DNA from: an uncultured Ilumatobacter sp.
GTDB taxonomy: Bacteria > Actinomycetota > Acidimicrobiia > Acidimicrobiales > Ilumatobacteraceae
Direction: 5' to 3'
Assembly (NCBI GenBank): GCA_938044705.1
Contig: CALIOL010000028.1
Coordinates: 1 to 62,477, forward strand
Length of the DNA stretch: 62,477 nucleotides
The notes under the pieces are model-generated. The model saw only the letters and a list, made by a program, of their open reading frames with translations, did not search any database and was not told the DNA's origin. Positions 18,882-27,906 of the stretch are shown piece after piece (position 1 is the stretch's first letter; each line of letters starts with the position of its first letter). The translations under genes were made by a program, and so were the position numbers.

Positions 18882-19715
18882 ATGAAGCCGGGCACCATCG
18901 CAGTGGTCGTGGTCGCGACCGCACTCGTCCTAGGCGGGTTGTTCTTCGGGCTCGGAGGGCCCTCGGAGCGCGGTGCTTCCAGCGATTCGATTCCGCGGGC
19001 GACGTTGCCGCCCAGCACGGTCGCCCCACCAGCACCCGCGGTCATCGGAACCGACGCACCACCCGAGCCGTCCGAGAGCGAGGGGACCAGTGTCGGTGAC
19101 GCCGAGACACTGCCGGTCCCGAACGTGATCGGCGTGAGCCAGGCGACAGCCGAAGCGCGTCTCTCCGACTTCGCGGTCTCCGTCACGACGGCGTTCGCGA
19201 CCGACCCGGACTTCTTTGATGCGGTCTCGGCACAGAGCCCGGCTGCAGCGGAGCGCCTTCCAGCAGGAGCGACGGTCTCGATCACGCTCTCGGTACAGCC
19301 GACGCCCGAGACCACCCCAGCGGACCCGGTGCCCTTCGGCGAGCTCACGCGGGCCGACCTCGCAGATCTCGGCGATGGTGATTGCGCGAACCGATCTGTC
19401 GTCGACTCCGAGTTCGTCTACGAACTCGCCGATTGCGATGTCTTCCACGACGTGCAGCTCATCAGTCGCTTCGATCTCGACAACGCGCCCGACCAGTACG
19501 ACTCGCTGGCGCTCGACGAGTTGGTGCGCGATCAATGCGAGGACCGCTTCGAGGAGTTCGTCGGAGTCGAGTTACGCGACTCCCAGCTCTCATTCACGTC
19601 GTTGCGTGCCGATCGGGAGACGTACGAAAACAACAGCGACCGGGTCGTCCTGTGCCTTCTGAAGCCTGACGAGTCGGTCAGGATCCGCGGGTCGGCTGCG
19701 AACTCGCTGTGGTGA
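18882..19715 (+). CDS. membrane-anchored PASTA + septum-formation-type domain protein
   Basis: VPNVIGVSQATAEARL...V.AQSP.A...P.GATV.ITLS (PASTA); GDC...DC...HD.Q...C...F..FVG...DR.V.C (septum formation domain pattern). Confidence 0.8.
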   Translation: MKPGTIAVVVVATALVLGGLFFGLGGPSERGASSDSIPRATLPPSTVAPPAPAVIGTDAPPEPSESEGTSVGDAETLPVPNVIGVSQATAEARLSDFAVSVTTAFATDPDFFDAVSAQSPAAAERLPAGATVSITLSVQPTPETTPADPVPFGELTRADLADLGDGDCANRSVVDSEFVYELADCDVFHDVQLISRFDLDNAPDQYDSLALDELVRDQCEDRFEEFVGVELRDSQLSFTSLRADRETYENNSDRVVLCLLKPDESVRIRGSAANSLW

Positions 19716-19833
19716 AGCATTCTCGGCGACCAGTGGTGGGGAGTTCTCCCCAGGTTTGAGACCGGCTTCGTCCTCGTCGACCGGATAGAAACACAGGGGT
19801 GGACCGAGGACCCGAGAACGAGGAGGTCATGCA

Positions 19834-21945
19834 ATGACGAGCGATGCCGGCCTGGGTGACCCGATCGCGACGCTGATGATCGTGGGTCACGGAAACCATC
19901 CGATGCGCGGCCTTGTCACCGTTGGTCGCGACCCGCGAGCTGGTGAGGGAGTCACGATCGAGGTCAGCGGAGATCCGCTCGTTTCGAAGTCCCACCTGAG
20001 TCTCGACACCGATCAGGGCGACGTGATCATCACCGACCTCGGTTCCTCGAACGGCACGTTTCTGCATCACGCTGCTGGCGAAACTGCGGTTCCGAGCGAC
20101 CGATGGATCCCGGTTCCCGAAGGGGCCGAGATCGAGTTCGGCGATCAGCGGATGACGATCGAACGAGCTGGAACGGGCGCCGTCGTCGATGGCGCTTCGC
20201 ACGACGCGACAACGATCGAGAACGTGGAGCCGATGGCGCGGCCAGTGGAGGCCATCTCGGGGAGCTTCTGGTCCGACGATGCGGCCGACGAGACCTCAGC
20301 AGGAACATCTCCAGCGGCAGCTGTGCCAGGAGATCACCTCATCGAGTGTTCGAATTGCGATCGCGCCCTTCCGCCGGGGTCCAAATTCTGCGATGGATGT
20401 GGAACGCCGGTGATGCCAGAGGCGGCGCCTGAACGTCCTGCTGAGGCCCCTGCTGAACCGCCTCATGAGGACGCCGGGCACACCGTCGTGGTCCCTCAGG
20501 GTGGATATCACGTGGCCAATCCGACGCCCGCGGCCATCGCTCCCGAAGCGCCCGCGCCGCAACCGGGCCCACCCGCGGCCCAGTACGCCGCGGCACCGCA
20601 ATACGGCGGCGTGCAGCCGGGCTCACCATCGCCGGTTGCGCCTCCCGGGCACCCGCCAGCGCCTCAGTCGTTTGCCGGAGCAGCGCCGCAGTACGACGGC
20701 GGGCTCAACTTCGTCGACCCTGCTGCGTCACAGACCAAGGGTGGTGCTGGCAAGAAGATCACTCTCGCCGTCGGTGTGGTGGTCGTGCTCGGCTTGCTCG
20801 GGATCGGACTCGTCAGCGTGCTCGGCGGGGACTCGGCCGCAGGGGGCCGCGGCGTCGGAGCCGCAGTGCCCACCGAACTCGAGGAGCTGTGGTCGACCGA
20901 CGTCGAGGGGGCGTTGCCGGTGCCGGCGGTCGGTGAGTCCGCAGTGTTCGTCATCTCGGAGGATGACGACGACCTTCTCGTCACGAGTCTCACCCGCGAC
21001 GACGGCGACGAGAATTGGGATGTCATCATCGACGAGGCCGACTTCGGGCGGTTCGTCGGCGAGTTCGACGACGTGGTGGTCATCAGCGTGTGCGCGTTCG
21101 ACGCGGACACCACCTGTGCCGTGGTCGGCCTCGACAGCGAAGACGGCGACGAGATCTGGAGAGACTCGCTGGACGACGGCGTCGCCTTCATGAACGCCGG
21201 CGGGCTCATCGTGAGCGACGAAGACGGGGTGACGCTGTTGGATCCCGCGACCGGTGATCGGATCGAACGGATTCGCGGCGACTCGAATTTTGCCGACCTC
21301 AACGGGCTGCTCGTGGACGACGACGGCGAGGTCTCGGCATACGACACTGAGCTCCGGCCCATCTTCGGTCCGGTCGACGTCGACGTCGACCAGGCGAACG
21401 CCGGAACGTTCGATGGTGAACGGTTGCTCGTCGCGTTCGATGACGAGATCGAGTACGTCGACGACACCGGAGACACGACGTCGGGGCCGCTACTCGATGG
21501 CGAGATCACACGTCTGGTCGCGGTTGATTCCACGACGCTCGTGGCCGAACTGGGCGACGAGGTCGTCGTCTACGATCTCGACGGCGACGACGCCGAGGAG
21601 CGTTGGTCGGAGAACGGGATTCTCTTCTCGGTCGCCGAACCCGATGGTGGCGCAGTCGTCATCATCGATACCGGAACCGAGCGTGTGGTCGTCGACCTCG
21701 AATCAGGGGACGATCGATTCGACATCGACGCCGAGGGTTTCGATGTCGTGACGCAGCAGGCATCGAATGCGTTCGTGGCGATCGATCGCACTGACAGCAC
21801 GGGCTTTTCGGGTGATGCGACCATCACGGCCTTCGACTGGATCACCGGCGACGAGATCTGGTCGGAACAAGTCGAAGGCGAAGTCTCGATCGCCGACATC
21901 GTCGTCGTCGTCGAAACGGACGGGGATGTCACCGCATTCGGCTGA
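19834..21945 (+). CDS. FHA + zinc ribbon + TM + PQQ-like beta-propeller protein
   Basis: VGRDP, VSKSH and DLGSSNGT; CSNC..FCDGCG; single TM; repeated DG.E.W propeller blades. Confidence 0.85.
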   Translation: MTSDAGLGDPIATLMIVGHGNHPMRGLVTVGRDPRAGEGVTIEVSGDPLVSKSHLSLDTDQGDVIITDLGSSNGTFLHHAAGETAVPSDRWIPVPEGAEIEFGDQRMTIERAGTGAVVDGASHDATTIENVEPMARPVEAISGSFWSDDAADETSAGTSPAAAVPGDHLIECSNCDRALPPGSKFCDGCGTPVMPEAAPERPAEAPAEPPHEDAGHTVVVPQGGYHVANPTPAAIAPEAPAPQPGPPAAQYAAAPQYGGVQPGSPSPVAPPGHPPAPQSFAGAAPQYDGGLNFVDPAASQTKGGAGKKITLAVGVVVVLGLLGIGLVSVLGGDSAAGGRGVGAAVPTELEELWSTDVEGALPVPAVGESAVFVISEDDDDLLVTSLTRDDGDENWDVIIDEADFGRFVGEFDDVVVISVCAFDADTTCAVVGLDSEDGDEIWRDSLDDGVAFMNAGGLIVSDEDGVTLLDPATGDRIERIRGDSNFADLNGLLVDDDGEVSAYDTELRPIFGPVDVDVDQANAGTFDGERLLVAFDDEIEYVDDTGDTTSGPLLDGEITRLVAVDSTTLVAELGDEVVVYDLDGDDAEERWSENGILFSVAEPDGGAVVIIDTGTERVVVDLESGDDRFDIDAEGFDVVTQQASNAFVAIDRTDSTGFSGDATITAFDWITGDEIWSEQVEGEVSIADIVVVVETDGDVTAFG

Positions 21946-22375
21946 CGCCGTCCACCGACCGATCTGGCTCACCGTCGGAGTTCCGGTGGGTTGGGTCGTT
22001 GCCGGGGTCGCGCTGCTGTCCACGTCGTCGACACGTTGGTTCCGGCGCGGACCCGGATCGCGGTTCGGTGGTCTGGAACTGGCCGACAGCATCCGCTCCG
22101 GCGTGCTCTCGCCCAGCTGGGGCGTCTGGGTTGCGGCTGCGGTGTATGCCCTCTTTGCGCTCGGAGGAGGGTTCATCGCCACTGCGGTGATGGAGAGTCG
22201 TGTGGTGCTTGCCGTGCGCGCCGTCGTTGCGGTGACCAGTCTCTTCGGCTTTCTGCTGCTCAGTCGTGCAATCCCGCCGTCGAACTGGTCGTCCGGACCT
22301 ACCATTGCCACGCTTGCGTTTGGCCTCGCTGTTGCGCTGTCAACGGCTCAACTCGTGAACCACCTGAGGAACTGA
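21926..22375 (+). CDS. small 4-TM membrane protein (paralog of 42251-42709)
   Basis: Four hydrophobic segments; LADSIRSG..P..GVWVAA motif shared with the paralog; start uncertain. Confidence 0.75.
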   Translation: MSPHSADAVHRPIWLTVGVPVGWVVAGVALLSTSSTRWFRRGPGSRFGGLELADSIRSGVLSPSWGVWVAAAVYALFALGGGFIATAVMESRVVLAVRAVVAVTSLFGFLLLSRAIPPSNWSSGPTIATLAFGLAVALSTAQLVNHLRN

Positions 22376-22379
22376 CTCC

Positions 22380-24545
22380 ATGACCCCATGTCAACACTGT
22401 CACCATGAGCTGAGCCCGGACTCGCAGTTCTGCCCGGAGTGCGGAACCCCGGTTGCTGATGCGGTCGGGCCAGCGAGCGCCGGCCCTGACAACATCGCGA
22501 TGTCAGGCGATGGCTCTCCCGGGGCGGCCCCACCGACGGTGCCCGAGACCTCGCGCCCATGGCAGCCGGAGTACAGCGACTCCCCGGCAACCGCCGTCGT
22601 GCCCCCGGCAGCGAGCTTCGCGCCGAGCGGACCACCGCCTGCTCCGAATACGCCTCCGATTGGCTCGCCCGGCCAGGTCCCGCCGCAGTCGCCGCCGCCT
22701 GGTGGTCACGCTTCACCGCCAGGCTCTCCGAACTTCGGTGCCGCCGCGTTTCCTGGACATCCCGGTGCCGACCACTCCGGACCGCAGCCGCAGTTCGTTC
22801 CGGCCGACCAGCCGTCGACCGGTGGCAAGGGGAAGCTGATCGGGCTCGGACTCGGCGTGGTCGGATTGCTGGCCATCGGATTCCTGGCACTGCGGTTTCT
22901 CACCGGTGGCGGGGACGTCGGCGGTGCTGACTCACCCGAAGCTGTGGTCGAGGAGATGGTCGCCGCCATCAACGCGCAGGACCCGCTCGCACTCGTCGAC
23001 CTGATGGCGCCGGACGAACTCGACGGCGTGGATCAACTCGTCGAAGACGGTGCCCAGTACATCGATGACCTCGGCCTTCGAACGCTGCTCGACGAGAACA
23101 CCGAGGACGGTTCCTCCATCGATGTGGTCATCGACATCGAGGCCGACCGCGTCGATGTGTCGATGGAGGGCGAGAGCGCTGCGATCGTCTCCTTCGAGCT
23201 GTCCGGCGACATCGAGGCGAGTGGCAACGACGCAATGAGCGACACGTTGGGTGAGGACGAGATCTCGTTCGACAGCCGCGACCTCGACAGCTCGTTCCCG
23301 ACGCAAAGCGGCGATCTCGAGATGATCGTCGTCGAGCTGGACGGCAAATGGTTCTTCAGCCCGATGTTGACCACAGGTCACTACATCGTCGAAGCAGCAG
23401 GGCTGCCCTCCGGCGAGTACGACGACATCGGCGGCGATCGGGACCCGGGCGGAGAGTCGCCGGTCGAGGCGATCGAAGCGCTCGTTGAAGTCATCAACAA
23501 CCCCGACGCCGACGCCCTCGCAGGGGTCCTCGGTGGCGGCGAGGGCCGCGTTGCTCTCGCTTTCCGGGATGCCATCGACGATGCGTTCGCAGAGATCGAC
23601 ACCGGTGAGTTTCGCTATGAGGTGAGCGTCGAAACCGACGACCTCGGATCGGGTCGGGTCGAGCTCGAAGAAATCGAGCTGAGAGTTGCCGGTGACTTCG
23701 GCGACTCTGCAACGGTCCTGATCGAAGAAGACTGCCTCGAGTTCCGCGACAACGGGGAGCTCATCTCCGACGACTGTCTTCTCGACGTGCTGGACCTGCC
23801 AACCGACTCCGAACTGGACACCACGCTCTGGCTCGACACGGCTCAGGAGGACGGCAGTTACCGGGTGCGGATCGTGCCGACGATCACCGACGTGCTCGGC
23901 AGATTCCTCACGGTCATCGACGACAGACAAACGCTGCTGTTCGTCACCGACAGCGCACAGCTCGATGACCCGAACATCGTCGAGCCGGGAAGCGACATCG
24001 AGATCGACTTCGACGGCCAGCTGTATGCCGTGAACGAATTCGAGATCGAAGCCGGCGAGGTCTACAACGTCACGGCGAGCGAAGACACCGAGTTCGATCT
24101 GTTCGTGGACGGTGAGTTCGGCTCGCTGCAACAGCGGTTCGGAAACAGCTTCGAAGCTCAGGTCGACGGTGTCGCACGTGTGGTCACGTATTCGGAGATC
24201 GAACGCGATCGTGAGTGTGGTGTCCTCGGGTGTATCCCCACCGGTGACGGTGAGGCGACACTTCGCATCCGCCGTGCGGCGAGTCAGTCGCTGCCGTTCC
24301 CGACACGAATCTCAGGAGAGTTCGGTCCCGGGGACATCCGGATCTTCGAACTCGAAGTCGAAACCCAACAGCGGGTGCGCATCGACGTCATCGGCGACGG
24401 CATCGAATGGCGCATCGAAGATGACTCCACCATCTTCGTCGACACCGACACCTACGACTTCCCGCCTGGCACATACGAGATGATCGTCATCAACACGAGT
24501 GGCGACGACGACACCAGCTACGAGATCTCGCCGACGCCGGCCTGA
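22380..24545 (+). CDS. zinc ribbon + Pro-rich + TM + large acidic ectodomain (paralog of 39537-42254)
   Basis: CQHC..FCPECG, a TM, then GGADSPE..., IVVELDGKWF.SP. Confidence 0.85.
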   Translation: MTPCQHCHHELSPDSQFCPECGTPVADAVGPASAGPDNIAMSGDGSPGAAPPTVPETSRPWQPEYSDSPATAVVPPAASFAPSGPPPAPNTPPIGSPGQVPPQSPPPGGHASPPGSPNFGAAAFPGHPGADHSGPQPQFVPADQPSTGGKGKLIGLGLGVVGLLAIGFLALRFLTGGGDVGGADSPEAVVEEMVAAINAQDPLALVDLMAPDELDGVDQLVEDGAQYIDDLGLRTLLDENTEDGSSIDVVIDIEADRVDVSMEGESAAIVSFELSGDIEASGNDAMSDTLGEDEISFDSRDLDSSFPTQSGDLEMIVVELDGKWFFSPMLTTGHYIVEAAGLPSGEYDDIGGDRDPGGESPVEAIEALVEVINNPDADALAGVLGGGEGRVALAFRDAIDDAFAEIDTGEFRYEVSVETDDLGSGRVELEEIELRVAGDFGDSATVLIEEDCLEFRDNGELISDDCLLDVLDLPTDSELDTTLWLDTAQEDGSYRVRIVPTITDVLGRFLTVIDDRQTLLFVTDSAQLDDPNIVEPGSDIEIDFDGQLYAVNEFEIEAGEVYNVTASEDTEFDLFVDGEFGSLQQRFGNSFEAQVDGVARVVTYSEIERDRECGVLGCIPTGDGEATLRIRRAASQSLPFPTRISGEFGPGDIRIFELEVETQQRVRIDVIGDGIEWRIEDDSTIFVDTDTYDFPPGTYEMIVINTSGDDDTSYEISPTPA

Positions 24546-24570
24546 CGACGATGCAAGAGGAGGTCCGCAG

Positions 24571-25521
24571 GTGAAGAGGATCCAGTGCGGCCGCTGCGGC
24601 GAACCCAATCACGGAGACGCTCGGTATTGCGGGAGCTGCGGCGACGCGCTGCCCGTTGCGGGAGGGATCGCCTCGCTCGTCAGTGAGGATCCGCTGCTCG
24701 TGGAACAAGCAACAACTCTTGCGGCGTCCACCCAGCACGTCGAACCACCAGCGTTCGGGGAGACTGGCCCAGCGGTGACCAGTGCGGTCCGCGCATCACC
24801 CGCGCAGCCGACCGCAGTCGTGACGCAACCCGACGGCGCAACCCACGGGCAGACGGCCTCGAATGCTGCCCCGATGGGTGCGGAGCGCACCCCGTCGCGC
24901 TCGGTCCGGGTGATGATCGCGGCGGTCGTCGTCGCTGTGATCGTGATCGTGGGCGGATTGTCGATTCTGATGGCCTCAGGATCCAGTGGCGATGAGAACG
25001 CGCGTCCTGAAACCTCTGAACCGCCGGCGGCGTCGACCGACGCCGAGGTGGCCGCGGTCGAGAGTTCCGTCGTCGACGATCTCGAGACCGTCGAGACCGA
25101 GCCCGCCGAGGTCATCGTGACGTCCCAGACCGGGACTTCCGAGACCGTTGCCACCGAAACGACGTCCCCGCCCCCGCCCCCGACCCGGGGACCCGGCGAC
25201 CTCGGCTTGACGCAGCCGATCCTCGACGAGGAGTGCGACGGCCGGTACGTCACGTTCGTCGGCTCAGCAATTGGTGACCGCCCCTACAGCACCGTGGTGG
25301 ACGAACTGCTCGATCTCTATCCGGGCACGAACTACGTCTGGACCAAGGCGTGCCCTTCTCTTCGTCAAGAATTCTCAGATGGTGCCGACATCTATGGCGT
25401 GGTGTTCGGTCCGTACGCCACGCAACAAGAAGCATGCGACGCCAGGGCGTTCGGACCGCAAGATGCATACGTCCGACGAATCAGCACATCCGACCCAGAG
25501 GACCACACGGTCAGCTGCTGA
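24571..25521 (+). CDS. zinc ribbon + TM + Cys-containing extracellular domain protein
   Basis: CGRC..YCGSCG; TM; GPGDLGL...CDG...CPSLR...FGPY...AC; RBS GAGGAGG before GTG 24571. Confidence 0.82.
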   Translation: MKRIQCGRCGEPNHGDARYCGSCGDALPVAGGIASLVSEDPLLVEQATTLAASTQHVEPPAFGETGPAVTSAVRASPAQPTAVVTQPDGATHGQTASNAAPMGAERTPSRSVRVMIAAVVVAVIVIVGGLSILMASGSSGDENARPETSEPPAASTDAEVAAVESSVVDDLETVETEPAEVIVTSQTGTSETVATETTSPPPPPTRGPGDLGLTQPILDEECDGRYVTFVGSAIGDRPYSTVVDELLDLYPGTNYVWTKACPSLRQEFSDGADIYGVVFGPYATQQEACDARAFGPQDAYVRRISTSDPEDHTVSC

Positions 25522-25615
25522 TCGGGGAGTCCTCCCCGTTCCATGATCGGTCGATGATCCGTACGTTGCGTGACGAGGCAAAGCGGCCGAAGACGACCAT
25601 CGGAGGACACCCGAC

Positions 25616-25972
25616 ATGACGACGACCACACTGTTTGACGGCACCACGGCCGAGGCCGTCCGGACCGCCCGCACGGTCATCGCCGAGGCCTGCCAGTCCC
25701 ACGAACAACTCCGCTCCACGATTCTGCGGGAACGAGACGGCGACTATCGGTACGAGATCGACGAGCGCAATGACGTTGCGATCCGATTCGACGCGGCCGG
25801 ACCTGACACGCGCATCGTGGTCGACGTCGTCGAACAGCCACTCACGGGCTTGGCTCGTCTTCGGCGGCAGCGGACACCGGCGATCGCACTGGTCGTCGCC
25901 GAAGCGGTGGAGGAAGCGTTGCTCCAGCTCGCCGGATCCGCGACACCGTCCCGCATCGACCTCGCGGCCTGA
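25616..25972 (+). CDS. hypothetical protein
   Basis: RBS GGAGGA, normal composition, fills the gap before the convergent udp. Confidence 0.65.
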   Translation: MTTTTLFDGTTAEAVRTARTVIAEACQSHEQLRSTILRERDGDYRYEIDERNDVAIRFDAAGPDTRIVVDVVEQPLTGLARLRRQRTPAIALVVAEAVEEALLQLAGSATPSRIDLAA

Positions 25973-25991
25973 CGCTCGGAGGCGTCGACCG

Positions 25992-26747
25992 TCAGAGCAG
26001 CTGCCGCGCTGCCTCGACGACCACTGCGATCGATGTCGTCTCGACGCGTTCGTGTGCACGATGATCCGGCGTCTCGTCGGTGTTCCGATTGACCAGCACG
26101 CCGGCGACGCATCCGGCCCGCCAACCGTTTGCTGCACACATCGTCAGCAACGTCGCAGACTCCATCTCGTAGTTCAAGACGCCGAGCGCTCGCCACTCAT
26201 CGAGACTGCCCCTGAATCGCTCGACCACTCGTCCCGACACGGTGTCGTATCGTTCCTGGCCTGGGTAAAAGGTGTCCGACGACGCAGTGACACCGATGTG
26301 GACCTGCGTGGAGTGGGCGCGCGCCGCGCTCACCAACGCTGCGGTGCACTCGAAGTCGGCGACGGCGGGATACTCCAGAGGAGCGAAGTGCAGGCTGGCA
26401 CCGTCGAGGCGAACGGAACCGGTGGTGACGATCAGCTCCCCGGGTTCGATCTCCGGTTGAATCGCGCCGGTGGTGCCGACCCGCAGAAAGGTTCGCACGC
26501 CAAGTTGCGCGAGTTCTTCGACCGCGATCGAGGTGGAGGGACCACCGATTCCAGTCGAACACACCACGATCGGGTTGCCGTCAAGCCAGCCGAGCATCGA
26601 GGTGAACTCGCGAGTCGAGGCGAGCTCGGTCGGTCGGTCGAGGAGCGCAGCGATTCGCGACACGCGCCCGGGATCTCCGGGCACGATCGCGAGCGTGGCG
26701 CCGTGCAATTGGTCTGCGGTCAGGCCGAGATGGAACACATCGCTCAT
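25992..26747 (-). CDS. udp: uridine phosphorylase
   Basis: [44 protein letters not shown] and NYEME motifs. Confidence 0.95.
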   Translation of the reverse strand: MSDVFHLGLTADQLHGATLAIVPGDPGRVSRIAALLDRPTELASTREFTSMLGWLDGNPIVVCSTGIGGPSTSIAVEELAQLGVRTFLRVGTTGAIQPEIEPGELIVTTGSVRLDGASLHFAPLEYPAVADFECTAALVSAARAHSTQVHIGVTASSDTFYPGQERYDTVSGRVVERFRGSLDEWRALGVLNYEMESATLLTMCAANGWRAGCVAGVLVNRNTDETPDHRAHERVETTSIAVVVEAARQLL

Positions 26748-26802
26748 CTCGCGAACCTACCGATCCTCGTCGGCGGAGCGCACGAGGAACGCTTTGGGAG
26801 GT

Positions 26803-27822
26803 TCAGGACGATCCGGCGTGATTGATGCCGTGATACGGCCGTCCGGCTTCGTTGTACTCCGCAACGAGCTCGAAGAACTCGGCACCGAACGGATCGCCGC
26901 CTCGCAGGGGCATCGATGCCCGACGGATGGTCCAGTCGTGTGGCGCCAGGTCGCAAGCGAGTGCGAAGTTCCGTTCCGCCCCGTCGTCGTCGCCGGCATT
27001 GCGGAGATGCGTAGCCAATCGAAAGTGGAGTTTGCCGCGTTCTTCTTCGTCGGTCAGGTCGTCCACCGCGCCGGCGACTTCCTCGGCTGGAACCATCGTC
27101 GAGCCGTCTCGCACCCAGCGACGGATCGCCTCGAGCTGTGCGTCTGCGTCGATGCCGTGGAACTCCTTGAACGTGTTCGTCGCATACGCGTTCCAGTTGG
27201 GGTGAACGATCATGTCGTCTTCGTCGATCAGCAGCACCGTGGGAACGTTCGAGATCGCATAGAGCTCGCTGACGAGGTGATCGGCATCGATCAGGACCGG
27301 ATACGTGATCCCGTCGGTGTCGTTGTCGATGTAGGTGCGGATCGTGTTGACCGCTTCGTCGATCGCAACGGCGATGACCTGGAAGTCGTGGTCAGCGAGT
27401 TCGTCTTGGAGTGTCTGCCAACCTGGCAGATCGAGAAGACAGCCTCACCAGCTTGAAAAGGCGACGAGCAGCTTCTTCTTCGATCGATGATCCGAGAGCG
27501 CGTGCCACGTGCCGTCGAGGTCGGGAAGTGAGAAGTCCGGAGCCTTTCGATCACGCAGTGCGGAGCGGCGCTGTTCGCGTTCCGCTCCGATCGCAACGAG
27601 TCCTGCGGATTCGTCGACTGCGATCGGACGGTCGAGGAGCTCGGCCACTGCCGGCAGGCTGACCGAATCGTCGGACCCCAGAACAGCGCGGTCCGGAACG
27701 ATCACGCAGCGTTCGTCTCGACACAGCCCTTGCGGCTTGAGTGTCCAGCCGATCAGCTCCTCGAGCATGTCGGCGCTGACCTCTGGAGGTGTTTCGACTA
27801 CGGCGATGTCGGCGGGATCCAT
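26803..27822 (-). CDS. thioredoxin-fold (ResA/TlpA/AhpC-like) selenoprotein with SWUGC motif and C-terminal helical region
   Basis: ORFs 27445-27963 and 26803-27237 are in the same frame. Reading through TGA 27447-27445 gives APDFSLPDLDG...LLVAFSSW-U-GCLLDLPGWQ...VIAVAID...YPVLID...NVPTVLLIDE, an intact Trx fold. Confidence 0.85.
27403..27440 (-). promoter_or_regulatory. bacterial SECIS-like hairpin
   Basis: mRNA 3' of the UGA: GGCU-GUCUU-CUCGA-UCUGCCA-GGU-UGGCAGA-CACUCC-AAGAC; perfect 7-bp upper stem, G-initiated loop, 5-bp lower stem. Confidence 0.75.
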
Positions 27823-27906
27823 GTCGCCGACCGTAGACGATTCATCTCGGCGGGGCGGTGGCGTGGAGCAGCGCGGAACGACCGAGCGTGTCGCTATGGT
27901 GCGCCG

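Noticed and set aside
5833-21945. Type VI/VII secretion locus (FHA + PP2C + kinase + vWA)
   Set aside because: No TssB/C, Hcp, VgrG, ClpV, FtsK/EccC or WXG100 genes are visible in the window.
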